Assembly (NCBI GenBank): GCA_013265495.1
Contig: MU061579.1
Coordinates: 2,725,319-2,789,318 of the forward strand
Source: Vicugna vicugna
Taxonomy: Eukaryota
Length of the DNA stretch: 64,000 nt
Direction: 5' to 3'
Below the pieces are notes generated by a model. It did not search any database. It saw only the letters and a list, made by a program, of their open reading frames with translations, and was not told the origin of the DNA. The translations under genes and the position numbers were made by a program. Of the stretch, positions 37,894 through 51,530 are shown one piece after another (position 1 is the first letter of the stretch; each line of letters begins with the position of its first letter).

Positions 37894-39271
37894 GAAAGAT
37901 TACTTTCTAAGTAAAATATAAGTTAATTTGGCACATGTTGGTAAACCCAAGCTGCCAATTCACTGATGTGTCTGGGAATAAATACTGAATGCACAAATGC
38001 CAACATGCATTAGTATATAGTCAACTTATGCACAAATTCCTTTGAAAAGGTATGAAATGCTGATTATCCAACTCATCTCTATACCACTTAAAGTGAAGGT
38101 TAAATCTTTTAAACATTAGATTTTTAAGCTAAGACTAAAATCATTCTCCAGTAAGAGGTAAAATGTTCTCAGTATGTCAAGCAAATTGACTACGAATGAA
38201 ACATAATTGTGGCTTTCTAATATTTTGGTTACTATTTCCCACTAATTTCATACACCCACTTAAGTGACTAGGAACCAATGCTTACATCCACAGAATTTTC
38301 TGATGTAAATGGATCTGTTTTCAAGGAAAATATCTTGTTTTTATTAAATGAGTAGAAATGTAAAAATGTTAATAAAACTTGCTCTTTTAAATATACCAAA
38401 ATAGGAATAAAAACGTCAGAATAAAGATGTATATCACAGTGGATTTGATTTTGGCATTGAGCTGTGCACGTATGCACATTTAAAAATTTTAAAAGTTCTC
38501 AATGCCTTGATTTACAGATTGGGGGTTGACAGTTTCTGTTACAAAGAAACTGTGTCAAATGTGAAAATATACATTAAAGACCTTAAGATCCTCTACCATC
38601 TGCTTGTGACTCCATTTTGTCAAACTTTAATAAATAATTGCCTATACTTATTTCAACAAAAGATGAAAAAGTTACCTCTAAGTATCACTTGAGAATGAAT
38701 GGAAATGTTTTCTAGGAAAAATAAGATGATTTACATAGCATAATGTCTAGATTATGAATTTAAGTGAAAATATATTTCCATTACAGCCTTATGTTTTTTA
38801 TTAAAAGAGACCATTCAACTGATACAATTCTCCCAAGTGTAGGCCCCTAGCTCTGCTTTTAATTTTAACAGATCAGAATATTAATGAACTTTAGCTCATA
38901 TTAGAACCATATTTTTCAAAAATGACTTTAAGTGGGGCAGCTATTTGGACTAAAGCAGTTGTAAATTTTTCTGGGAATCAAGGGTTCTAATATAGTCAAC
39001 AGAAAAAATCTAATCAGAAAAATAATCAACATAGTGCAAATAAGCATAGAATATTTACCTCTGCATAACTAGAAATTACTATTCTCACAGAATATTTGAA
39101 AAAACTCTACCACAGTTTGTAAGAAATTGAAAAGAGAGAGTGCTTGTCTGAGGAGGATCAGAGACCATTTCCTCACCAATTGTTTCCCACCTAATCTCTC
39201 ACTGTATGGAGTGGGCTTTTGATGATTTGAATACAAGTTGGTCAGGGTAGTCTTTATAAATTAAAGTTTTA

Positions 39272-39751
39272 ATACAATGGAATACTATTCAGCCATTAAA
39301 AACAACAACATAACACAATTTGCAGCAACATGGATGTCCCTGGAGAATGTCATTCTAAGTGAAGTAAACCAGAAAGAGAAAGAAAAATACCATATGAGAT
39401 TGCTCATATGTGGAATCTAAAAAAAAAAAAAACATAAATACGAAACAGAAACAGACTCATAGATAAGAACACAAACTTGTGGTTGCCAAGGGGGAGGGTG
39501 GTGGGACAGACTGGGAGTTCGAAATTTATAGATACTGACAGGCATATGTAGAATAGATAAATAAGATTATACTGTATAGCACAAGGAAATATATACAAGA
39601 TCTTGTGGTAGCTCACAGCAAAAAAGAATGCAACAATGAGTGTATATATATGTTCACGTACAACTGAAAAATTGTGCTCTACATTGGAAATTGACACAAC
39701 ATTGTAAACTGACTATAACTCAATAAAAAAAGTTTAAAAAAAAGAAAAAAA
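39272..39751 (+). mobile_element. Young camelid-like LINE-1 3' end (second subfamily)
   Basis: tacaatggaatactattcagcc...actgaaaaattgtgctctacattggaaattgacacaacattgtaaac followed by an A-tail. Confidence 0.9.
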
Positions 39752-40367
39752 TTCATTTTGAAAATCAAAATTTATATTGACTTTAGTTTAACCAAGGACC
39801 AAAGGAACTGAGACACTGAATATGACATTCAATACAGAGTTGAAAAGTTAGCTGAACTGGCACATGACATTTCTGATACCAGATAGACACAATACTGAAT
39901 TATTCTGAGGTTCATGAGATTCTCTCCATACAATGTCTTTATATGTTTCTGGCTAGATGAAATTGGAAAGATACTTTTTCTCAAGAAGATGTAATGCAAG
40001 TAGCCAATATATGATTTTTTCTTTTGAAATCAAAATTGTTTGGTTTGTGGCTATAGAACTATCATTACATTTGCTACAGTGAGCCTTACTGAAGCAAAAA
40101 TTACAGAATTCCCAATTAGTCAAGGAAGGTATTAAAACCTAATGGTTGATTACAATGCAAATGTTACTGGGATTGAACATGTTAACGAGGAAAATACATT
40201 ATATCAAGTCACTGAGAAATGGAAATGTATCATGAGTTTAATAATTATTCTCTAGGGAGTTCTTACCGTGGGCTAGGCACTGTGCTGAGTACTTTACATG
40301 ACACTAGCTAACATACTAAATATTCAGCCTTTGTCAGATTCTGTGCTATGTACTTTTCCTTCATAAA

Positions 40368-40935
40368 AGCAGCAGAAAAAAATTCTAAGACTGTCAAGAT
40401 TCTCTATCTTGTTCTACATAATCATTTCACTTGAGTTTGGGTGGGATGTGTGAATATGATGATATCGCTATCATGATTAAGTTACCTTATAAGGAAAAGA
40501 TGAGTTTTGCAGCTATAATCGAAGATCAAAATCTTTCATTTTGAAGTTGAAAGGGAAATTTTTCCTGAATTGGCCTACTTAATCAGGTAAAAACTCTTAA
40601 CAGATAGGATAGACCAGTTCTGAAGAGAGAAGTTTTCTTGCTGGCCTTGAAGAAGGAAGCTGCTATAATATGAAAGGGCCTGAGTGAGTATTCCCCAGCT
40701 AAGAGCTAGAAAGAAAACAGATGTCAGTCCTATAACCACAGGAAGATGAATTTTGCCAACAACTACATGAGCCTGGAAAAGGACCACAACTCCAGAAGTA
40801 GGCTGGCTGACACCTACATTGCTGCCTTATGAGACCCTGAGTGAAGAGCCCACGTAACCATGTCCAAGCTCCTGACCCACTGACTCTATGAGATAACAAA
40901 TGGGTTTTGTTTTAAGCCACTAAGTATGTGCTGAT
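40368..40935 (+). mobile_element. MaLR LTR (MLT1E-like)
   Basis: cttgctggccttgaagaagg...gaattttgccaacaac...tgagataacaaatgggttttgttttaagccactaag. Confidence 0.85.
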
Positions 40936-40985
40936 ACATGATCAACTGGGAATGAGTGTATCATCTTGCTTACTCTTTACAAAGG

Positions 40986-41301
40986 TGTCTTAGTTAGTTC
41001 TGGCTATTGTAACAGAACCCCATATACTGGGTGGTTTTCCAACAACAGAATTTTTTTTTCTCCTCACAGTTCTCAAGGCTAGAAGTCCAAGATCAAAGCA
41101 TTAGCAAATTCAGCGTCTGGAGAGGACCTGCTTGCTGGTCTTCCCCCTGTGTCCTTACATGGTGACATGGGAAAGAGGGCTTTTTGGAGTTTCTTTCATG
41201 GGAACTCTAGTCACCTCCTAAAGGCTCCATCTTCCAAGATCATCACATTGGGGGAATAGGTTTCAACATAGGAATTTGAGAGGCACATTCAGTCTATAGT
41301 A
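40986..41301 (-). mobile_element. MaLR LTR (MLT1A-like)
   Basis: tgtcttagttagttctggctattgtaaca...ctcacagttctcaaggctagaagtccaagatc...acattcagtctatagta. Confidence 0.88.
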
Positions 41302-41329
41302 GAAAGATTGTACAAATCAAATCAGGAAA

Positions 41330-41650
41330 TATTAGCATTCATATGATATACATGGGGCTCAAAGAGGTTAAATAACTTGCTCCAAGAACATAGTTTATTA
41401 CGGATGGAACCAGAATCAAAGTTCAAAGTTGGGTTCTGATTCTAGCTCCCCATGTTCTTAACAATTCACACTGTAAATTCTGTTCATTTCAATTCTCTCA
41501 ACAATCCTATGAAATTAGTATTAATGTCCTCATTGTGCGAAAAGAGGACACTGCCCCAGGGATATGAAATAACTTTGCCAGGCCACATTAATACATGATG
41601 GAAATGAAACTTAACCACAGGGCTAACTGGCCACACACTTTATCCTTTAT
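41330..41650 (-). mobile_element. Two adjacent MIR fragments
   Basis: ggctcaaagaggttaaataacttgc and caacaatcctatgaaattagtatt...gaggacactg. Confidence 0.65.
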
Positions 41651-44600
41651 CCTAATGACAACACATTATACGTGAGATTTACCTGTTTAAAGGTGGGATG
41701 AAGGCAAACTGGGAAACCATGCTCCTGTCCACTTTAAGCTTCTGTTCTCTACTCTGTGATGAGTTGTCCACTGCCCTTTGGGGCCCAAATATTTTCTGTC
41801 TCCCTGCTGTTTTAAAGGTTTATGTTTATACAATCTCCATTCTTATTTTTCTTACTAAACACTCAAATTTCCTCAACAAAGCATGCATGTCATGTGGTAA
41901 TCTGATAAGTCACATATCAAGTTTGAATATCAAAAAAAATCTTACAATAAAGCTATTACTTTTGGAATAGTATCCCAGGGAATAAAACACCATTAAAATA
42001 ATGTGATTGGCTGCATGAACTGGGATCTTTTATTTTATTTCACAGTAACTTGAGATGCATACAGAAAAACAGAGAGCCACACTGATACATCAACAAGAAA
42101 CTTCCCTTGATATAAAGGATCAATAAAAAACTTTGGGGGAAAATCAATTAATATAGGTTCTCATTTGGGATTTTATAGATCTGCTTTTTTTTTTTTAATT
42201 GGTGTCTTTATTGCCTTTTGCCAACGTTAAGAAAGCCAAGAGACTGCTCTGGAAACCACAGTCACAGAGCCACAGCCAGCAATACATGTCTTATTTTTTC
42301 TACGTCACTTTGTTTTAGAGTGTTCACTTCTTGGCTGTCAGCACGATTAATACCTAGTAAAAAGAAATATTAAGACCACAGAGGTTATGTTGCCATGAAA
42401 TCTAAACAATGGAGATGTGAGAAGAAAAAGGGTCAAGAAAGAAACACAAATATGAATAAAATGAGGAAAAATAAGAAGCATCATATTTAGTATTAAATTC
42501 AGCATGCACACTTTTAAAGCGTGACTGACAAAACATCTTCGCTAAAATCTCCCAGATTCAGAGTTAGGGGACTCGACTTCCAGAAATCCAAATTGTGGTT
42601 AACTGTAGTGATATTAGAAATGAACTGTAGGCTTAGATGTATTATGAAGGGAGTATGCTCAACACTTAGTGCTTGACGTGCCATGTAAGTGGAAGGATGA
42701 AACAAGGGCTAAAAATGCTTTGAATACATGATGTAGAGGAAATAATTCTCTTAAAACATATTCTGAGGCTTTTTAGATTAATGGGAAGTACGTTTGCTGA
42801 GAACTATAGCTCAGTTAAACTTGTTACTAAAGGTCTCAAGACAAAATCTTCCATCTCTAGTGTCTATATTGAGACCTATTTTATTTTGATTTCTAATCTC
42901 ATTGCAATCTCTAAGACAATTCCTCCCCTCTGCCAGCATGTCTATCTTTGTCACCTCCTTTCTAAGACACATATTATGCTATAAGCCTTTATAATCTGCT
43001 TTTAAAACAGAAGAAATCTTTTGGAGAAAATTACTTTATTCAGTATTTTATGTTTATAGGTTAAATAAAGACAATTTTTTCCAAGTAATAATTTACACTT
43101 TACATTTTCCTTATACAAACCACAGGGAAAAAGTACTACAATACATTGTAATAACTTTTAAAGAGTTTTAATTCCTTGATTTTACTAAATCACTTTTCTT
43201 TTCAAGGTAATACTAGGTTATCATGAACGGTCGTAATGGAAATGTGAAGAGAGCAACTGAAATTTACTTTTAGAGATTGGAAAAAATGATCCTGGAGTAT
43301 GTTAGCCTTGCCTTCTTAATAGCTCACAACTTTTTGCATTTTACGTTTATCCTTTTACTTTTAAAGATGCAGTGATCCACACAGACACACAAAAAAGATA
43401 ACAAATTAAGAGAAATCTTACCCTTGATGTTCAGGCAGCAAGGGATAAGGTGATGTCAGAATCTTAAAGAAGATTAAAAAGCTTGAGAGCTGAGTAAAAT
43501 AAATGTTGACATTTAGATATATACCCACTTCTACAACCATAGGGCCACACACCCAATTCCTGCAGCACTATGAATTTTTAACCAACCACTCGCCTTATAT
43601 GATGGTGAGCCCTTTTTATAAAATTAGTCTCCTACCTAAATTCTGTTTTAGTAGCTTGAATTCATATCTAGCATAGTGATTTCTAGTTTCTTAAGATAAA
43701 AGTGTCAATGGAAGTATGAGGGGAAAAGATGACTTGTTATACTCCCCAGAAAATGAAGTAAATGGAATATAATGTGACAGTTTAAATTTAATCAGAATGT
43801 CACCATTTTGTCTTAATAGAGCAAATCACCCTAGGTTGAGTACTTCATTTACTTTCAGCAGCTAGAGGTGGGTAATGAAAGCAAGAGCAACTCACTAGTT
43901 GGGTAGAGAAGGTAGTGTAATTAGGGCTGCTCATAACAATTCAAATTAGATCTGAATCGTGGAAAGGATTGCTAATTTAGACAAGAATAAGTTTGGAAGG
44001 CTTCATGGCTTCAGCATGTCAAGTATTCATGGCAGGCATTTCTTGATTCCCTGACATTTAAAGGCAATAGTTTTAAGGTGTTGGTAATGTCAGTTTGCAA
44101 AGCACAAGGGTTTGTAATATAAATTATGTACTGTATGTGTGTACAAATAAAGTCTGCTTCTTTTCCCCCCAATTACTGCACTTTCAAACACTGAAAAGGG
44201 CATGGGGGAAACAACCAATTAGCAGAGAAAAATCATAAATGAATTTGTCCTTTTTGTTTGGGTACCAAGGGAACAGAGTTAGACTAAAGGATTCGGCAGA
44301 GAATCTGAGATCACTTAAGGTTCCATTATGGGATTTACTGCAAAATGAAATGTTCGCAAGAAAGTTACTTTATTTTTCAATTCATTTGCCCTTTGTAGTG
44401 TCATTAGAAAATTTATTTTCTAATATATGATGAGATGAAATTTGTTCATGCTGTCACTCAGTGGTAAATCAGGATTAAAAATACTTGTTAGATGAATAAA
44501 GGCAAGATACCTCATTTCCCATTGCTTTCTCTGGCAATGTTTTACAACTTGAAAGTGAATAAGGAAGGTTACATTAATTACTGAGTTGGTATTGTTAAAG

Positions 44601-45039
44601 TTTCTGATAAATACTAAAATTTCTAGAGGTTCCTATTTGAGAGTCAGAGAAGGAAACCTACTTGTTTGGGAAAGTTGGTAAACATTTATTATAATAAACC
44701 AGAAGAGGCCAATTGTTCATACTCTTGTGCAAATTTTAGATGTACAGAGTGGAAAAAGTGTACAATTTTCTATGTTGATTCCCAGGTATTGGCGCATGGA
44801 ATTATGGATTTTGCAAAGAAAGGTAAAGAAATTTTCCCTACCACTATAGCTCTTACCCAGAAGAAGAAATGGTTATCACAACTCAGGCACAGCGCCATTA
44901 AAAATTAGGTAAACTGTTAGAATGTTGGTTTGCAAAAACAAGATTACTTGGTAAGATATAATCAGAGCGCATCATGTAGTACTGAGGGGAAATTAAGGAG
45001 AAAGAGAAAATTACATGTATATTTTATAATAATTTTATA

Positions 45040-45125
45040 ACATACATATAATTATATATATGTGTGTGTGTGTGTGTATATATATATATGGTCACATATA
45101 TATATATGTACATATATATATGGTC
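45040..45125. repeat. Compound (TA)n/(TG)n microsatellite
   Basis: (TG)8 flanked by TA runs; tatatatatggtc occurs twice. Confidence 0.9.
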
Positions 45126-47612
45126 TCGACTCTACACTAACAACTAAACACTTGAAGGTATATTAAGTGTATGCATGTGAAGGGAGGTTTGGCCTGCATT
45201 TTCCCATTCAGCACGATGCCTAATACTACTCACCAACCAAACATGCTCCTGCCTCCTCTATAGCTCATGCCGTTTGCACTATATACAACCATAATTTGTA
45301 ATTACCCCAGGTTCATATCTTCCTCTATCAATTTACCTTTTGTAGAAATGATGTAAGTCAACGTTGGTTGACTGCATTAACGATGACCAAGTATGTCTCA
45401 TGTTAGTTTGGAGAAATAGGTGGGTTCCTTCCAAAGCAATATATATGTTGATTACCTCTCAATAGTAGTAAGAGTAATATAAATATTAAGTTTTATGAAT
45501 CAGGGAGCTTATGGGAGAAAAAAGCATTGAAATCACTGAATCGCTCACGCACATGCACACACACCCCTTTGAGGATTTTGTCTTCATCAAAGAAGAAATG
45601 GACTTTTCTATTTTTCAGGAAGGCCTATCCTGACATTTTAAAATGGAACAAACTGTCTACAAATGGAGAGTTTTTGTTCTATTTTTCCCTCATACAGTTG
45701 CAACATATACTAATAATTAGTACATTTTATTGTTGTAATTAATTTATCATATGTAACGCAAGAGCACACTTCATGCTAATGTTTCATTTAGACAAAGGAA
45801 CCTGAAATTTACTAAATTATCTGTCAGAGACTCTATTACCTTGACAAGAAAGGACAATTCCCTATCAAATGTGTGTCTATTTGTCACTACCTTCACCTTC
45901 TGAAAGAATAGTGCATTTGAGATATTTTTCAAAATCTAAAAGTTAATCCACTATTTTTAAAGATCCAAGGGATTTCATACTCTGAATGCATAGTAATTAA
46001 TTCCGCCATTCCCACAGATGGACAATAAGGCCATATTCTTACATATGTTTATAAGGTGATGTCATTGGGTGTGCTTATGTTATGTGTTATTTTGCTTTTC
46101 AGAATGAATATTTGTATCTGAAAGAAAAAAGTGATACACTTTTTTTAAAGACTCATTGACAGGTTAACTTGTATTATCAGTGTGACTACAAATGCTTTTT
46201 AAATTTCCCATTATTTGAAGATGTGTAACTCCTATACCTTATACTAAATACCTTATTTTAGGTATGTGTGTTTAAGATCACCTAATAACCACAAGTAATT
46301 ACACTTTTGTAAGATCAGCTTGTATGTTTAATCGAATCCATGGGGACTCAAACCAAGTCTGCATTTTCAAACTTCAGTTCAGTGAGTCTTGTCTCCATAT
46401 GGTAAGTCCCATCAAGTAATGCGATTTAATAACAAATTTCAATGACTTCAGAAGGACGACAATGCCTCTTGCTTCCATTCTAGCTAACATGGCCTGGCCA
46501 CATTCTATTTCACATCACAACAGATTGAAGCAGCTCATCTCATGGACTGACATGTGTTTGAATTTCGCGCAATAGGGAATAGGACACTTTACTGAAGTTA
46601 TTGTCAGTGCTTCCTTGTCTGCTAAAACACCAAAGGTGTTGATTTGGGACTCTCCAGTTCTGATTCTGGTCTACCTGTCTGAGTGACAAGAGAGGACAAG
46701 GGCTCAGAGAAAATATATTGAAGGAAAAAAGGGAATATAAGGTATTCAGAGGGAAACATAGAGAAAGGAGTTGAGAGAGGAAAAAACAGTTTAATACCCT
46801 GTGGACATCATATATCACCCTCATTTTTGTTTTGTGAAATGGGCAGGAACAGTATATGCCTGCAGCAGCTGTGCGTTTTTTTTTCTAGACACTCTGACAG
46901 TAGAGACAGCGACTCCTTGCTCAGAGTAAGTAGCTGATATGACTGGGGACGTTGTGAAGCTAAGATTGGGAAAGACACCTGGCACTGGATCTAAGAGACT
47001 GTTTTGATCCCCAAAGATTGCTCTGCTTATTACAAACTTTGAAGATTCCTTTCTGTTCTTTCCAGCTAAAGTGTGAAAATATCCATTACTGACCTTCCCT
47101 GTCTATATAAAAATCCTCAATCAGGCAGAGATTTCAGAGGACGGAGCACTATTCATGGTGACAAAAGGAAAAAAAAAATTAGGGTGAGAACAGCAGTAAA
47201 AACATCAAGAGGAACTAGTTCCTAAAAGAGCTAAAAATGTTTGATTTTCTCTGCCCTCTTTAGTTTGTTATTTTGCTTTCATATCTGCTGTGGGATTCTT
47301 ACATGCATGTCTTATAAATGCAATTATATAGGACAAAAAAGTTTATCTTTTTGATTGAAAGTTTTAGTCACACCTGAGGATTTTAGGAATTTGCCTTCGT
47401 TTTTGATAACTATCTCAAATGTTTCTATTAAAAGATATAAAGAGAATTAGGCCTTCTTTGGGCATGACTTAGATTTCAAATCAAGTCCATCTACAAGGTT
47501 TTGATAAAGGAGACAAACTGATACCCAATTAACTGTTTCAGTGCTTCCACTTTCAAAATTAAAGAAGCCCAAACTCCTTTACAAGCTCTGACCTAAGCAC
47601 AGTAATAAAGGG

Positions 47613-47980
47613 TGTTATGCACTGAACTGCGAAATTCATATTTTGAAACCCTAACCCCCAATGTGACCCTGTGGGCCTTGTATTTGGAGATAGGGCCTAC
47701 AAGGAAGTAATTAAGGTTAAATGAGGTCATAAGGGTGGGGCCCTAATCCAGTAGGATTGGTGTCTTTGTCAGAAATGAGACCTGAGCACGTTTCCTCTTT
47801 CCATGCAAACAGAGGCCACATGAGGACATAATGAGAAAGCAACTGTCTCACAAATCACGTAGAGAACTCTCAGCATGATCATGGACTTCTAGCCTCCAAA
47901 ACTGTGAAGAAATGAATGTCTGCTGTTTAAGCCATTCTGTCTGGGATACTGCGTTACAGCGGTGCTGAAAGACTAATGCA
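47613..47980 (+). mobile_element. MaLR solo LTR (MLT1A-like)
   Basis: TG...CA ends; gtatttggagatagggcc...taaggttaaatgaggtcataagggtggggccctaatcc...ctgctgtttaagcc. Confidence 0.9.
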
Positions 47981-48351
47981 CGGGGAAAAGCCGTCATCTG
48001 TAACATCAGCTGTGACTAATGGGGACGTTTGCTCACATTGCAAATGGGTTCACAGAAAGGCTGGCGTTCAGTGTAGGTTTTGTGAGCTGTAGCAGGTCAT
48101 TGGGCTTCTCGACTTAATTTTCTCTACAGTATTAAGTGATTTAAGTTTGGGGGTTTTTTTGCCTACAAATGTCTAGAGATCTATAATCAAACACGTAACA
48201 TTTTTTCTGTCCTTTGAACAGAATTTTGATCAAAGAAATAGACTTGAAATGGGGATTCAACAGGATTTGCAAGTCTCATTGTAACATCTTCTAGCTTTGT
48301 TTTAGACCAGTAATATAGAGAAGCTAACTATCAAACTGGGAGCTCACCAAG

Positions 48352-48778
48352 GGTATTTGTTTCCTAGGGCTTCTGTAAAAATTACCACAAATGTGGTGGC
48401 ATACAAAATCTGGTTTTGGAGGTCAGAAGCCCAAAAATCAATGTTTGGCACAACCATGCTCCCTCTGAAGGATCTAAGGGAGAATCCTTCTTTACTTCTT
48501 CCAACTTCGGTGGCTCTAGGCATTCCTTGGCTTTGGCTGTATCACTCCAACGTCTGTCTCCATCTCCATGTGGCCTTCTCTTCTCCTAGAGCCTCTACTC
48601 TGTGTGTCTCTTATAAGGACATTTGTCATTGGTTCTAGGATGCACCCTGATAATCCACTATGATATCATCCAGAGATTCTTAATTATCTATGAAAAGGCT
48701 CTTTCCAATTAAGATCACATTCACTATTTCCAGGATGTGGACATTATCTTTTGGGGGACAACCATTTAACCCACTAGG
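48352..48778 (-). mobile_element. MaLR LTR (MLT1B/C-like)
   Basis: gtatttgtttcctagggc...aattaccacaaa...ctcttataaggacatttgtcattgg...ccatttaacccacta. Confidence 0.88.
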
Positions 48779-50108
48779 CCAGGGAGAAAATTGTTAGGAA
48801 AAAGTCCTCCTCATAAAGAATTAGATTTAAAAAATGAACGTTCAATTTTGATTCTCTATGGTGACATTTTAAATTCAATTTTATTTTAAAAAAATTTCTT
48901 ACTAACTAGTAAAATAGTCATCTTTATTTTGATCTTCCAAAAACAAATTTAAAAGGTGAAGTTTTAGGTAAGTGAACTTCCGGGAAGAGGGGCTTTCTAA
49001 TAATTTAAAAGAATGCCTATGATATTAGCCAAGCCAACTGAAATCTCAAAAAGTCAAAGCAGAATATTTTGATATGACATTTTTGTTCCAGTCCAAGACT
49101 GCCTATTTTCATCATTTGCATATAAAACATTTGAAGCTACAAATATACTTCTCGCATTGGCAGTTTTGATAATTTTTGCCTTAAGTCCTAAATAGTAAAG
49201 GACAGAATTTGCAGTTTCCCAAATAAGATCAAAGGGGCTCATTAGCTAGCAAACTGAGATGTTCATTATGAAACATTTGCTTGGGGAGAAGATTGATATA
49301 TACCCACCAAAAAAGGGACTAAGCAGAAAGTTGTGTTATTAAAATTCAGCTTTCCTGATGTATATACCAGTATCTTACTCTTGAGTTTCTTTCACTTGAA
49401 AAATCATGAATTCTCCTAAATATATAATTAATCTTCATAAACATATTTTGAAAGGCCATTTAGGAAGGATGAGAATGAATATATTTGAAGGTAGAGGACA
49501 GATAGATACTGTAGGTTTTCTGATTTAGATAATGATTAAAGTGACGGTTTATATTATGATCTAACCATGATTACACGGTGAAAAAGGCACTTCCCCTCCC
49601 CCCCCACACTCTACTCTTTGTCATCCATTTGTAGATCTTGAAACTTCACTATATACAAACTCTTTGTAATTCATTTACTTTTAAATTGTTTTTAACATAT
49701 GTAGTAATACTATGTAATCTATAGTTTTATATTTTTGGGATCCATATTAGTCCTTAAATATATTTCAAAGAAAGGATATAATAGTTTTCTTTTTTTCTCA
49801 CTTTCATAAGTACAAATCTTACAACAACCCACATTTTAAATTAGACTTTCCCAATATGCTGCATTTAAATCATGTGATTATCTACATAATCTTTATATTA
49901 ATGATAAATGTCATTGATCCTGTGGGCAAAAATAGTTTAGAAAATTTAACTATAGGGTAGCCTTTAATTTAAACTATCAGTTCAACTCTGAAATACACTT
50001 TAAAAATATAATGTTCTGTTGACTCTACAATCTTTCCCTCCCTTTCCTACCCCACACTAAGAATAGTTAATTCTTTAATTAAATAAGAGAAATTGTCAGT
50101 TTACTCAG

Positions 50109-50486
50109 TGTCTTAGTCTGCTTGGCTACCATAACAAAATACTATAGGATGGATGCCTTAAAAAACAAATACATTTTCTCATGGCTCTAGAGACTGGGAG
50201 ATCCAGGATGAAGGTACTCGTGGATTTGGTTCCCGGACAGAGCACTCTTCCTTGTTTACAGAGGGTCATCTGCCTTCTCACTGTGTCCCAGATGGAGGAG
50301 TAAGAGAGTCCTGGCATCTTCTGCTGATAAAGGCACCCACCCATCAGATAAGGCACCTCCAACCTTATTTAACCTTTATCACCTTCTGACAGGACCCATT
50401 TTCAAATGCAGTCACATGGGGGATTAGGGCCTTAATGTATGATTTTTTTTTTTTGGCAGGGGATGCATCACATTCAGTTCACAACA
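50109..50486 (-). mobile_element. MaLR LTR (MLT1A/MST-like)
   Basis: tgtcttagtctgcttggctaccataacaaaatac...cacattcagttcacaaca. Confidence 0.88.
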
Positions 50487-51254
50487 TCCTATTGTACAGA
50501 CCAAGTGATGCATCAGAATAATATTTTCAAAATCCTGTCCCTGTCATCAAGGAATACATGAATTAATGGGGGAATAGATAGGGGGAATTAAAAAATGATT
50601 AGATGATTAATCTCATTTCATTGTGTTATAAGGGTTTAAAACTTATGGAAATAAACTGTTTAATTCAAATAAGATATGACCCTTATACAAGTCATGATTA
50701 TGTCTACATTTTCTTCTAAGGATCAGTATTTTTAATTTGGTAATTTAAAAATGCAGCATTATCAATGATAAATGCTGTAGAATCATTATTGGTTAATTAT
50801 AATAGTTTATTTTATTATTTTATGATAGTTTATTTAGTTTATAAAATAGTAGAAAACACATTATCATGCTATACAGATTGAGCAAATTTCTTAAAGATTT
50901 TCATAGCCTCTTCATTCATAAAATGGGAATCAAAATATTTGCTCTATCAGGTGTCATGACAAACAAAAATGCTTTAAGTGGGAAATTAAAAAGAAAAATC
51001 TTCCTGTCTATGCAGTATCTAACTGTACAGTAAAGTTATACATCAAAATACTTAAATGGTGAGGCTGTGATCAACTGATTCTTACTGAAACTATGACAAA
51101 GTCACTTAAAGTTTTACCTTTGGGCTGAGAACTTCTGAGTATCTGTCAAAAGAAAACATTGAGGGCAAAAGTTGGGAGTGCTCCACAGTGCTGTGCAGCG
51201 GGACGAAGAGACGAGAACCAGTGAAAGAGGCTGGCCACACCCACAGATTCATAC

Positions 51255-51530
51255 CCAGAGATAGTAGCTGATGGAGTAGGGGCAGTAGAGAGTCCCTGGA
51301 GATAGTCAAAAAGAGAGAAGAACAGAGAAAGGGGTAGGGGGTAGGTAGAAACTCGGGGCATGTCTACATTTGAGGAACATGGAAAACACAGAAATAGTGT
51401 TAAAAGTCACCATCCTAGGAAAACATGAGGAGTGAACCATGAGACAAGGTAGCCAAAAGCTTCAGGAAGAATAGTTCAACTATTATCACGTGCATAGACC
51501 AGTTAAAAAAAGTTTATAAAAACTTAGTAA
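51255..51530 (-). mobile_element. Degenerate LINE-2 fragment
   Basis: Purine-rich text (gatagtagctgatggagtagg...gagagaagaacagag...catgtctacatttgagg) typical of antisense L2. Confidence 0.45.
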
